Of a stretch of 64,000 bases of DNA, positions 47,505 to 59,660 are shown piece after piece. Below the pieces are notes generated by a model. It made no database searches and was not told the origin of the DNA. It worked only from the letters and a program-made list of their open reading frames with translations. The first letter of the stretch is position 1; each line of letters begins with the position of its first letter. The position numbers were made by a program, and so were the translations under genes. Location of the stretch: contig JARDVH010000163.1 of the NCBI GenBank assembly GCA_030324005.1, positions 18,977,741 through 19,041,740 on the forward strand. The letters are read 5' to 3'. This DNA comes from Negaprion brevirostris (lineage: Eukaryota).

Positions 47505-49640
47505 TATTCATTGGATGTGGGTGTCACTGGAAAGGCCACAATTTATTGCCCCACTCCTAATTGCCCTAGAGAAGATTGTGATGTGTTGTCATCTTGAACT
47601 ACTTCAGTGTGTGCTTTGAAGGTTCTTCCACTATATTGTTAGCTAGAGAGTTCCAGGATTTTGACTCAGCGACAAAAAAGGAACGATGTTTCCAAGCCAG
47701 GATTGTGCATGGATTGAAGGTAGTAATGGTGTTCCCATGCCTCAGCTTTCCTTCTCTTTCTAGCTGGTGGTACAGGTCACAGGTTTAGGTGTGCTGTTGA
47801 AGAATCCTTGACTAATTGCTGAATTGCATCTTGCAGTTCGTATACATTGCTGCCATTTTGTCCTGGTGTTGGACCAGTTGGTGATTCAGTAAGTTGCTTT
47901 GGCCTGGATGATGTCAAAGCTCCTTGAGTGTTGTTGGAATTGCATAAATCCAGACAAGTACAGAGTATTTTATTGCATTCTTGATTTGTACTGAATAGAT
48001 GATGGAATACCCAGTTTCTGACCAGCTCTTGGTAGACAGAAATATTTAAATGGCTGGTCTCGTTAAATTTCTGGTTACTCTCCATTTCTCTCTAGGATGT
48101 TAATGATCGGGGTTTAAATACAGAACGCCAAAGGGAGTTGGTTAGAATTTCTCCTGTTGGTCACTGCCTGGCACTTCTGTAGTGCAAATGTAACTTTAAC
48201 TTTTCATTTGAGTTCATACGTAAGTGTTGTTCAGACCCTTCTGAATTTGGGATGAAACGTAAGATGAGCTCCTTCAGTATGCGAGAAGTTGTGAAAGGAA
48301 TGGGATACTGCAATCATTAATGAATAGTGAACTTCTAACTTTACAGTGGAATGAAGAACATTGGTGAAATAGCTGAAGATGTTTGGGCCCAGAAACTAGC
48401 CTACGGAACTCCTGCAGTGATGTCTGAGGCAGAGAGATAATTAGCCCCTCAACACCTACTATTATCTTTGTTTCTGCTATGTAAGTGCAGAGTTTTCTCC
48501 TGATTTGTAATGATAAATGGGGTGGCAAGGAAGCACAGTGCTAAGCACAGTGCTTAGCACTGTTGCTTCACAGCTCCAGGGACCTGGGTTTGATTCTCGG
48601 CTTGGGTCATCATCTGTGTGGAGTTTGCACATTCTCCTCGTGTCTGCGTGGGTTTCCTCCGGTGCTGCAGTTTCCTCCCACAGTTCAAAGATGCGCAGGT
48701 TAGGTTGATTGGCCATGCTAAAATTGCCCCTTAGGGCAATAGGTTAGAGGGATTAGTGGGTAAATATGTAGGGATATGGTTGGGGGNNNNNNNNNNGGGT
48801 ACCTGGGTGAGATTGTAATTGGTGCAGACTCTCTGGGCCAAATGACCTCTTTCTGCACTATAGGGTTTCTATGATTCTATGACTTATTAGGTCCAATGTC
48901 TGATGTTGAGGGCAGTCACTCTCACTTCATTGCTGGAATTCAGCTTTGTTGTACATGTTTGGACTAAGCTGCAATGAGATCTGGAGCCAAGTAGTCCTGG
49001 CAGAAACTAAATTGCGATTAGTTTAAATTGAGATTTGTTTGCAAGTTATTGTTGACTAAGTGCCATTTGACAACACTGATGACACCTTTCTTCACTTGTT
49101 GACTGAGTGTAGGCTGATGCTGGGGCAAGTGGTTGGGTTGGATGTGTCCCAATTTTTGTGGATGGGTTACATCGGAACAATTTTCCTTATTGTTTGGATT
49201 ACTGTTGTTATACCTGTACTAGGACAACATGGCTAGAGACATGGCTACTTCTGGAGCACAAGTCCTCAACATACAGCCGATGTGTTGCCAGGGCTCATAG
49301 TCTTTGTTGTATTGGGTGTGCTCTACTGTTCCTTGATGACGTAAGGTGTGAATCGACTGGCTGAAGATGGGCCTCGAGAAGAGACTGAGATGTATCATCC
49401 ACTCGGCAATTCTGGCTGTGAATCATTATATAAAATACAGCCTTGTTTGATGCACTAATACTGTGTTTCAGCATTGTTTAAGATGGACATGTCTGTAAAA
49501 TGCTGGCTCCTGTTTATACATCACCATTCATGCCTGGATGTGGCAAGACCCCAGAGCTTTGATCTGAAACGTTGATTATGGGATTGCTTAGTTCTACCTA
49601 AAGCATGCTATTCTGTTTTAAAATGCATATAGTCCTGTCA
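47505..49640 (-). mobile_element. Decayed CR1/L2-group LINE whose 3' end matches the type C SINE tail
   Basis: 3' end attcattggatgtgggtgtcactgg..aggccacaatttattgcc..tcctaattgccct; minus-strand WNSL (about 47645-47657) and a TAGVP.GS-like RT motif (about 48395-48420). Confidence 0.65.
48520..48882 (+). mobile_element. HE1-like SINE (type A) inserted in a LINE
   Basis: Near-consensus V-domain gtgtctgcgtgggtttcctccggtgc; tail ggtgcagactc..gggccaaatg...ttctatgattctatga. Confidence 0.85.
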
Positions 49641-50771
49641 CTGCAGGAGTTCACAAGCTAGTTTCTGGGCTAAACATCTTCATCTGCTTAACAAATGACC
49701 TTTGTTCCATTGTAAAAGTCAGAAGTTCACTATTCAATAATGCAGTGTTTCATTCCATTCACAACTACTTATATATTGAAGGAGCTCATCAGGTTGGAAC
49801 CACATTTTCCGTCTCACCTGGTAATGTTCCTGGCATGCCTATTGGCAGTAAATTGAAAATCTACTTCAGCATGTCTACACCACTGAAATTTAACTTGTCA
49901 AATTGGTACTGTGATCACTAATTAGCTGATGTAAATACTTATTGCAAATATATAATTCCCATTATTAGCCCCAGCATTGTTTCTGCTTAAAATCCAAATG
50001 TTTATTGATGTGTCTGTTAACTTTACTGAGAAACTATTTGCTGTGTTACGTAAACCTATATTTTTTGTGTTAGATCTAGAAATTTTCCAGATAGTACCTC
50101 ATACTTTTTGGAAAAACAATCTTATCAGTCTTTGTGTGTATTTGGTTTTTGTGTCCTGGCAAATTAAATTCTTTGTTTTCCTGATCTTTCAGTACAAATA
50201 ACCTTGTGAAAAGGAGATTACGTAACATTACTTAGGCACACATTCCATTCATGCACAGCAATAATGGCTACTTACTATATCTGACTCTTCTGTCTGGCAC
50301 ACAACATAGAGTCTGACCTCTTAGTACAACTGTCCATTGAACTTTATGCTTCTGATAAGCTGAACCCAAGTTTACTGCAATGAGTGAAGTTAGAGTTGGC
50401 ACACAGTTCTAAGAACTATCAAACAAATTCAAAACATCATTTTGACTTGGTTACATTTTTTTCTGTGCAGTCTTTCAAAACTTTGCCAGTTATGTAGGTG
50501 GTTTTCCTTCCTGGACTGCCAATTGCTATCAGAAAAAGATCTTTTGGAGTTTCCTGTGCTACAGCAAGAAAGCTTTGAGGTTGCAAACTTCTCCCCACTT
50601 CCTTCACCAATGAAACCAAAATAGGTTTTATTCTGTCCAGTAATGCCATTATTCACTGAGCAAGTATAGCTAGCCTTAGAATACATTAAATCCAGTCAGT
50701 CTTTGCATAGAACAAGATTTTGTTTTTCCTCCTTTTACTATAACTAAACTGAAGTTATTTGCCTTTTTATA

Positions 50772-50892
50772 TTCACCTGATGAAGAAGCAGTGCTCTGAA
50801 AACTTGTGATTCCAAATAAACCTGTTGGATTGTAGCCTGATGTTGAGACTCTTATTGTGCCCATCCCAGTCCAAAGCCGGCATCTCCGCATC
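50772..50892 (+). mobile_element. Penelope-type terminal repeat fragment with a decayed hammerhead core
   Basis: cacCTGATGAagaagcagtgctctGAAAacttgtgattccaaataaacctgttgga...ccagtccaaagccggcatctcc. Confidence 0.6.
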
Positions 50893-52769
50893 CTTTTTAA
50901 AGATTGGCAAATGTAAAGTGTTACTTGAGCGTGAGTTGATCCTGTCGTTGCACACACTGTATCCATTTTCCAAACTCTTGTTCAGTGTCCTGGTCAATTT
51001 AAAATTACTCTGTGGTGAGATAATTAAAAAGAATTACAATCATGTAATGTATTTCTTTTATATGTAATTTATTTTTGCAAGTTATTTCAACTAAGAATGC
51101 ACGCACCTGCACATATCATACAATATTTCATTTTTGAACTAAATTTGAATAGGAATTGAACTATGGCTTTAACATTGATCCCTATGGGAACCCGTGATTC
51201 ACTTAAAGTCATTTCAATTAAAGTCATTTTACTTAAAGTTGTGATTTTCAGCAGCCTCAGCTTTGTGAAGATTCCCTACACGCTTGCTGAAAAATGAATT
51301 TGATTTCTGTCAGATTAGATATTTGCATTTGTGCTGCTTTAACTCAGATTCTGGGAGACTGTCTTCTGATATCTGTGAAAACCAGTGATCACCTGATGCT
51401 GGTAGATTTTTAGAGCTACTAAAAAAAACTTGTATACTACTGGAGTATGGAAGGAATTTATATAGATACCTAGAATCTCAATCAATACAATTGATTCTGA
51501 TACCTAGAATCAGAATCAATACAACATCCAGATGAAAACGATGTAAATTACAATCTGTCTTTACTGTAATCTTGGGGTGAATTTATTAGTCACACGCTGG
51601 CAGGAAAGCAGGAGGGTGGACCCGTAAATTAGGGTATGTGAGGGTATGTGCTGTTGGCGACGTGCAAGCCCTGCACTCTCCCATGCTGTGATTTTGAGGT
51701 ATTGAATTGGGTGAAGTGAGATCTGAGGTACACATGAATATCTATGTCTATTGCTGAATGTCATTTACTTAGCCTAGCTGCTGCACAAGCAGTGTCCAAT
51801 GCTGCTGCTGGCACTGCTGGTGTGCAGAACTACTGGCTTCGGATTGGCAACTCTGTGAGGTGGGACTTCCTCCTGGAAATGGACAGAAGTCCTGCCTCAT
51901 ACTAATTGAAGGGCCATTGGCCAGAAAATTAGAGCAGGATGGGCTGGCTAAGCAGACGTGTGTGCCACCACCACCACCATTACCTGCCTACCTCCCCCCA
52001 TTGTTCATTTACTCTGGAATGTGAGCAGCCCACCTTCAGCTTTGTTAATTTACATACAGATCAAACATCTGACTGAAGTAAAACTACCTGAAATGTCAAA
52101 TTGTAAACTTCAGATTTGTTTCTTGTTGACGCAAATCTGAAAGAATGTTGACTAAATTATTGAAATTTAGACTTCTAGTATGTTCTTTGACATTCAGCAA
52201 TGTGCATATTGTTTAAATGTAATGCAGTTTTACATGATTGAGTTTCTTCTGTTTGCTGCATTATTTCTCAAATATTTTATATCTTTTCAGATTCATTTTT
52301 CTCAATGTGATTCTCATCAATGGTCCTTTCTGAAAATCAAATGGGTATAAAATTAGCAGTTCGATTCTTTTATTTTTGAATATTTTTGTTTGCTGAGTAT
52401 TGNNNNNNNNNNNNNNNNNNNNNNNNNNNNNNNNNNNNNNNNNNNNNNNNNNNNNNNNNNNNNNNNNAAATTAAACGTTAACCGTAACCAACATTGTTGG
52501 GCTCAGTGTCCCTACAAAGGCAGAAATTTCTGACAGATATTTTCAAAAAACTACAAGGTTGAACAGTACACTGATAAGACAAATTGATGTGGTTGTAACT
52601 GTCATAGAGTAACCAAGACAGATTGACTATTTCCAGGGATGGTTTGCATGTACCCATCATTTTCTCTCTCTATACCAAGAAGAACTTAAACTTTTACTTT
52701 TGGCTTTCATGTCTTCTAATGTAATAATGAAAATTGTTATTCGAGGTGAGAGATTTGAAATGTTGAACC

Positions 52770-53001
52770 TGTGGTGACCTCATGCCCCCTTGTTCGATGA
52801 GAGAGGGGATAGACGACATTATTGTGGGTCACATGAACCATTGGGCCAATCATGGAGAGGTGATTGTTTGGCAGTTGGAGTCTGGGGGATCATTGAGTTT
52901 CTGGTCTTTCTTATCACTGTCCTATGGTTATAATTGTTTTCCCCAATAAATCTCCTGTTCGTTTATCTGCCTCGCTGTTTGTCACTTCCTCTGTTATTAC
53001 A
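52770..53001 (+). repeat. 5' LTR of the Gypsy element
   Basis: TG...CA termini, an internal AATAAA, and a PBS and gag directly downstream. No matching 3' LTR was seen; the left boundary is tentative. Confidence 0.6.
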
Positions 53002-54044
53002 TTTGGTGACAAGGTAAAGAGAAACTTGCTTCTGTCTTCTGCTGCAAGTGGGGAGAATAGTCCTTGAATTACATTCCTTCTGAGAAATAATATTGCAACA
53101 ACTTGATGTTAACATGCCTTTAAGTGGTAAGTTGGAACCATTTGACCAAGAAACCAAGCTATGGACCAATATTTGGAGCGTCTTCAATTGTTTTTGAGGG
53201 CCAGTAAAACCCAGTGAGGGGAGGGAAAGCAGAAGTTAATCCTTCTAAACCTGCCAGTCACAAGCTTATCATCTAATTCGAAGTCTGACTTCTCCAGAGG
53301 TCATGATGTGGATGTGTTACTATGTTCTCCAGAGGTCCCAGATGCAAAAACATTCGACAGGCTCCTTAATCTGGTCGAAAAGCACTATCACCCAAAACAA
53401 TCTTGTGATAATGCAGCAATATAAATTTAGTTCTGCAATGAAAAACCCAGGGGAGACATTAGCAGTATTCGTAGCACAGTTAAGGCAGTTAGCTGAACAT
53501 TGTGAATTCGTATCGACACTCAGCAAGATGTTAAGAGATAGGTTAGTTTGTGGTGTGAATAACCTCCCCATATCAAAAGAACTATTAGTACAGACAGACA
53601 AGCGTGTTTCAGGCTACAGAAAGCACTGAAAAAGATGTATTAGATTTGCAAAGCATGCAGCTAGGTGAGATTAACCAATTTAGGTGGGAAACTTTGGAAT
53701 CAGGGATGAGGGTTTGCAAAGCTGAGAGTCAAAGAGCAGCAAGCAAGATGGGACAGAGATACAGAAAATCTGGTTGACAAACCAAGAACTTAAAGGGAAC
53801 CACCCCCAGGAGAGTAGTCAATTTAAAGGTGCAACTTGTTTTGCTTGTAACAAGAGGGGGCAAATTAAGATTAAAAGTAGAGCAAAACAAAGCCTACCAA
53901 GAGCCAACAAAAAGGGTATACAATACTAGTGCATAGTTCAGAAAACAATTCCGAAAAAGAATCTAAAACTTCGAGTGAACAATAGTAAAGTGAACAAGTA
54001 AACCCCAATTATAATTGTGTTAATGATGAATGTTCAATCACTTA

Positions 54045-54385
54045 GAATCATAGAAACTCTACAGTGCAGAAAGAGGCCTTTTGGCCCATCGAGTCTGCAC
54101 CGACCGCAATCCCGCCCAGGCCCTACCTCCATATCCCTACATATTTACCCCCAATCCCTCTAACCTACGCATCTCAATACACTAAGGGGCAATTTTAGCA
54201 TGGCCAATCAAACTAACCTGCACATCTTTGGACTGAGGGGGGAAACTGGAGCACCTAGAGGAAACCCACGCAGGCATGAGGAGAATGTGCAAACTTCACA
54301 CAGAGTGTGACTGAAGCTGGGAATGGAACCCAGGTCCCCGGAGCTGTGAAGCAGCGGTGCTAACCAGTGTGCTACCGTGCCACCC
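54045..54385 (-). mobile_element. HE1-like SINE (type A) inserted in the Gypsy protease region, with target-site duplication
   Basis: A full-length SINE flanked by CACTTA(G/A)AAT at 54039 and 54385. Confidence 0.88.
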
Positions 54386-55054
54386 ACTTAAAATAGAGGT
54401 GGATCCAGGAGCCTCTGTTACTGTCACATGAGAGTATACATATCAGTATTTACAAGGTGGGGTCCAGCACCTTAAATTAAAAGCATAGCAGCCAGCCTGG
54501 CCACTTACGTGCGGTACCACAGGTGGACCAGCAATCTACCAACATCAGTTAGCCCAGTTACCGATCATTGTAGTCAAGGAACTAGACTCATTGGCTGAGA
54601 TTGGCTCCATCGGATCCTGTTGAATTGGTTGGAGATTTTCAGCATTATTGAAGGTGGTTTAATATGAAGAAAATACCAAGAAGTATTTCAGAATAACTGG
54701 GCAAGATACAGGATATCAGGCAAAGATCTACATTGATCCTGAGGTAACACCCAAGTTTTTTGCACAGCTTGCCCAGTGCCCTATGCTTTATACACAATTA
54801 GAAGTTGAGCTCAAGTGGCTGGAAGATTTAGGAATAATTAAACATGTATAATTTTTTTGAGTGGGCTGTCCCCATCGTCCCTGTTATTAAGCCAGAACAG
54901 ACTGTTGGTATTCAGAGATTGTAAGGTGACCGTCAATCAACCAGCAAAACTAGATCGGTACCCTATATTGAAAATCGAAGATCTGTATGCCAGGTTGGCT
55001 GGAGGGTTAATGAAATATATGGAACTCATCACAAGTCACGCTTATCAGCAGAGG

Positions 55055-55352
55055 CATTAAGGGAATCTAATCTGAGGGTGATTTAGTCGTTTGGATCAGG
55101 AATTGGCTAGCTGATAGAAGACAGAGGGTGGTAGTTGATGGGAAATATTCAACCTGGAGTGCAGTNNNNNNNNNNNNNNNNNNNNNNNNNNNNNNNNNNN
55201 NNNNNNNNNNNNNNNNNNNNNNNNNNNNNNNNNNNNNNNNNNNNNNNNNNNNNNNNNNNNNNNNNGTTTAGGTTAGAGGGTCATTAGATTGGTTCCACTG
55301 GTCGGCGCAACATCGAGGGCCGAAGGGCCTGTACTGCGCTGTTATGTTCTAT
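55055..55352 (+). mobile_element. Young 5'-truncated CR1 LINE inserted in the Gypsy RT
   Basis: EGDLVVWIRNWLADRRQRVVVDGKYSTWS, then a 100-N gap and the tail gtcggcgcaacatcgagggccgaagggcctgtactgcgctg..ttctatgt. Confidence 0.8.
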
Positions 55353-58300
55353 GTAACAATCAATACCCCTAAAAGCTTATACCGATATACCTGGCTGCTG
55401 TTCAGAGTATCTTTGACGTGTGCCATATTGCAGTGTGCTATGGAAAGCTTCTTATAGGGTCTGCCCAAGGTAGTTGTGTGTTTGGACCATGTATTAATTA
55501 TAGGGGCTTCTGCAGAAGAACATTTGACAAATTTGGAGGACACGTTGAAAAGATTAAAAGAAGCAGGGAGAAGGCTCGAGAGTAAAATTCACATTCCAAA
55601 TCCATGCAGTAAAGGTATTTGGGATTCAGGGTTGATGCTCAAGGACTGCATCCTATGGTGGAAAAGGTTAAGACAATCCAGGGAACACCAGCTCCCAGAA
55701 GCTTCTCAGAACTTAAATTATTCTTAAGGATGGTGAATTATTTTTCACTTCAAGAACACTAACAGACGCTGAGAGGGTCTATTCCCAGATCGAAAAGTAA
55801 GAGTTGTCTATTATTTGTGAGGTGAGAAAGGGCTTCCTTTTCTAACTTGCGTCATCATTTTTGCCTTTAAGCCATTTGTCCTTTCCCATTCTCACTCTGG
55901 GCCAGCCACCATGCATTAATACTAGAGCCATCAGCAGAGACCAAAACTGCAGGGAGAGAGCAATGCCTCAGATCCAGGAGCAGGAGTGCGGGGCAGGAGT
56001 CTGACCCAGGTGCTTGGTTGGCTGGGATGGTCGAGGGGTACTAGAAAGCTGTTGTTTGGGTGCTGGTGAGTGGCTAGCTGGCCCCTGCCTGGCTCATCTA
56101 CCCCACTTCAATCTGAGAACTCCGCCTTGCTCAATCCACAAGCCTCCTTACCACCCGGCTCGATCCACGCACCCTTTCCCACTGCTCAATCGGTGGGAAG
56201 GCATCTAAGCTCTGGAGATGAAGAGAGTGGCAGAGAGAGAAAGGCATAAGGAGAAAGAGAGCCAGAATGGGAAAGGAGAAAAATAGGGACAGATAGGGTA
56301 GGGAAGGTAAGAGAGAGAATCAGTGAGAAAGAAAAACGAGCAAGAAGTTGAGCTTCAGGAGGGATGTAGATAAGAGTCCAGAGCTGTGCTCCTCCGGGAT
56401 TGTTTGGGCAATTCAGTGTTATCTAAGTTGAATTTATTCAGTACTTTTATATTGTGATTTACTTTAATTAGTAATTTATTTCATTTAGGAATGCACATAC
56501 CTGGTACAGTATAGCAACTCGTACGTTGGTTTTTCCAGGCAAGAAATGTCCGAAGGGACTTAATCCAGCTTTAACATTGATTTCTGTGGGAACCAGTGAT
56601 TCACTTCAAGTGAGGACTTAAAAAAAAGTTATATCAAAAATGATCTGTATAGTTCCTGTAATTTTTCTGCTGCAGGTGAGAAGGATGTGTGCTTTTCCCA
56701 ATCACTTCTGATGAAATCTGTTTTTAAAATATTTGTACGCATAAATTTGATTTCTCTCTCTCTCTCTCTTTCTCTCTCCAGGCCATAAATGATCATTTTT
56801 TAAAAAGTCATATTTCATTTTGGTCAATTCCATTTGCTGGTCTGTAAGCTCTATTATTTCAATCTCTATGCAAGCTGACCTTTCCATAGCAGCATTGCTG
56901 TGGCTGAGAGTGTCCCTGTTAAAATCAATAATATTAAGAAAACCCTTCTCAGTGATGTCAGAACAATAGTGCTGTTATGTTGTGCCCAATGGTTAGATAT
57001 TATAGTAGCAGTGTTTTTGGGAGTTGTTTTATTCTGGCTGATTCATACATGCTAATCAGGCAGAGAGCTTTATCTTTCAATGATTGTAATAGGACAGGTA
57101 AACTGATTTTACTTTTCCCCCCAGTCAATAGCAAAAATCTTATGTTCAGTTAAATTTCTGCAAATTTTAGCGACATCCATCACTCTTACTTTACGTATAT
57201 TGAGAATGATTGTGTTTCCGAAAAAGAATTGCATGATGTGTACTACATGTTTATGAACAGTAGAATGAAATTAGAGTCTACACTTTTTAATAAATGTACT
57301 GTAGTTGGCCAACATTCAGAACCAAAATTCTATTCGAGCTGCACTGTGTTGGAAATGTACATATTAGAGGATGATTTTATCTTAGGTTTCCAGCTAAAAT
57401 TTAGATAACTCAAGTCTCTCTGTGATTTGAGACAGNNNNNNNNNNNNNNNNNNNNNNNNNNNNNNNNTTTGATATTGTTAAAGTGGTTTTAATGAAATTT
57501 AATTAGGGTCGCCAAACGAGATCCTTTGTCTGAGGAAGGGTGCCAGGGATTGTGATTGGCAGGGCAACTTGCAAGTGCAAGTCTGGGTGACAGTTGGTGC
57601 AGATGCAGTTGTTCCACGATTGATAGTGTACTTTTAAAGTTTATCCCTGTTGTAGCGACTGATATCTGTGGTAAGGTATATTTTTTGGCAGATTTAATCG
57701 TCTGTAACAGTATTAACACTGTGAATATCTTGTGGATGAAAATTACTAATTAGCAATAACCAACTCAGTGTTTGACTTTGATACCATTACGCTGCTGATT
57801 CTGTTTTTAAAAAAGTCATTTGAATAGAAGGCTTGGGGGTAAAACTATTCAAATGTATACAGAAAGTATTCCTGGAAAATACTGAGCTTGGGTTGGGTGT
57901 GTATCAGTGAATTTCTGGTTAGTGGCTTTGCACCATGTTTTTCAATAGAGCTACATAGTCACATGATGAAAAACCATAAGACAAATTGCACAATCTAAAA
58001 TTCTGCTTGTAAAATAAGTACGTTCATAAGTTAGAATTAATTTATTTTTGACTTTAAGATACCAATCAGTCGATAGTCGAAGTTTTAAACTTAGATACGT
58101 ACAGCTAAAAATCTAATGTTACAGGATTGAATTCAGTGGGCACAGATGGGAGACCAATTACTCTTTCAAGTCACTTAACAGAAACATTTCCTTGTCTGTG
58201 ATACTTGTGGAGACGGAATCGACTGTTTTACCCCATTTCTCAGCACAAGATGGTGACTGTCCTTTCAACAATTATAATTTCAGTTTCCTCCTTGCCTTCT

Positions 58301-58417
58301 GACTTTGTTGGGCTCTTGTTCTTAGATGTCACACATTTCCTACATATATGTGAATAATCAATGTTTTACTCTCAAGCTGTCTTTTCAAATCACTGGTTTT
58401 ACAGAATAAACCACAGA

Positions 58418-58596
58418 GTTTAAAGTTTAAGTTTATTTATTAGTGTCACAAGAAGACTTACATTAACATTGCAATGAAATTACNNNNNNNNNNAAGACAC
58501 GGCGAACAGGTGCAGACTCCACACTGATCCAATTCAGGAATCGAACCTGGGGCCCTGACACTGTGAGGCAGCAGTGCTAACCACTACGCCACCGTG
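58418..58596 (-). mobile_element. V-SINE type B, partial, with gap
   Basis: gtttatttattagtgtcacaag...cttacattaacattgcaatgaa; head ctgtgaggcagcagtgctaaccactacgccaccgtg. Confidence 0.78.
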
Positions 58597-59315
58597 AGTG
58601 GTATCAAAGCCAAGCATCTGCGTTCATCATGGTTGAATAGTAATTTTCATCCACAATATATTCATGGTGTTAATGTTGTTGCAGATAATTAAATATTAAT
58701 GTGTGAATCGTGGTATTAATTGTCACCATTATTGAACCATTGATTGTGTATCTCTCATGCACACTTGCTTTTTCTGGTATGTGCAGACGTTCTCTCTTGC
58801 TAGCTCATATGCNNNNNNNNNNNNNNNNNNNNNNNNNNNNNNNNNNNNNNNNNNNNNNNATATTTGTCTGTTCAAATTTGCTCTGACTCTTTCACAGTTG
58901 GAGCTGGAAATTGCTAAAAATATCTGGAATGCCAACAGAAAAAATAGGATTGAAACCATGCTAGACAGTTGCTGCTGCATACTTGGTCACTTGGGGCTAT
59001 GGTAATATGAAAATTGAAGGAGCCTATAATTTTATAGCCCTGGATTAAATTGGGGAAATGTGTGTTTCTCATATCTGCAGTATTTTTTATCTGATTTAGT
59101 TTCTTTTTATCAAATGAAATCCTCCAATAGAGCTATCAGTCAGTGTTTATGCTGTAAATACCCTATTGAAAAAAGAAAAGGACAACATTTCTCATAGCAA
59201 TCATTGCAGATTAATGCACTAACCTCATTGCACCTTTGGGAAATAAACCATTCACTGTCTGAAATCCAGTGTGCCAGACAGTAATAAAAAGACCCACAGC
59301 ATAGATTGTTTATTG

Positions 59316-59660
59316 TTTTTTTTATTCGTACGTGGGACATGGACATCGCTGGCTGGCCAGCATTTATTGCCCATCCTTTGTTGCCCAAGGGCAGCTGAGA
59401 ACCAACCACATTGCTGAGCTTTGGAGTCACATGTAAGCCAGACCAGGTAAGGATGGCAGATTTCCTCCCCTAAAGGACATTAGTGAACCAGATGGGTTTT
59501 TCTGACGATGGTTTCATGGTCACCAGGAGGTTCTTAATTCCAGACTTTTTTTAAATTCAATTCAAATTCCACCAGCTGCCATTGTGAGATTCGAACCCAA
59601 GTCCACAGAACTGAGTTTCTGGATTAATAGTCTAGCAATAATACCACGAGGCCGTTACCT
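59316..59660 (-). mobile_element. tRNA-derived SINE type C
   Basis: catcgctggctggccagcatttattgcccatcc...ccagaccaggtaaggatggcagatttcctcccctaaaggacattagtgaaccagatggg...gattcgaaccc. Confidence 0.82.

Larger units (their letters stand above)
52770..55830 (+). mobile_element. Decayed Ty3/Gypsy LTR retrotransposon (5' LTR, PBS, gag, protease, RT, partial RNase H)
   Basis: LTR TG(52770)...AATAAA(52945)...CA(53001); PBS tggtgacaagg; gag MPLSGKLEPFD (53114) and GETLAVFVAQLRQLAEHCEF..MLRDRLVCG; knuckle CFACNKRG; protease LKIEVDPGA; RT PVPYAL, KVTVN..LDRYPILKIEDL, SHAYQQ, TINTPK, CLDHVLI (YLDD position); SRTLTDAERVYSQIEK. Confidence 0.88.

Noticed and set aside
51465-51523. Short tandem duplication gatacctagaatc..aatcaatacaa
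   Set aside because: Two ~26-bp copies are most simply explained by local slippage or repair.
53303-53629. 108-aa ORF with gag-like motifs as a possible domesticated gene
   Set aside because: It is surrounded by frameshifts, stops and nested insertions, and the catalytic motifs are mutated (DPG, CLDH). This is a dead element.
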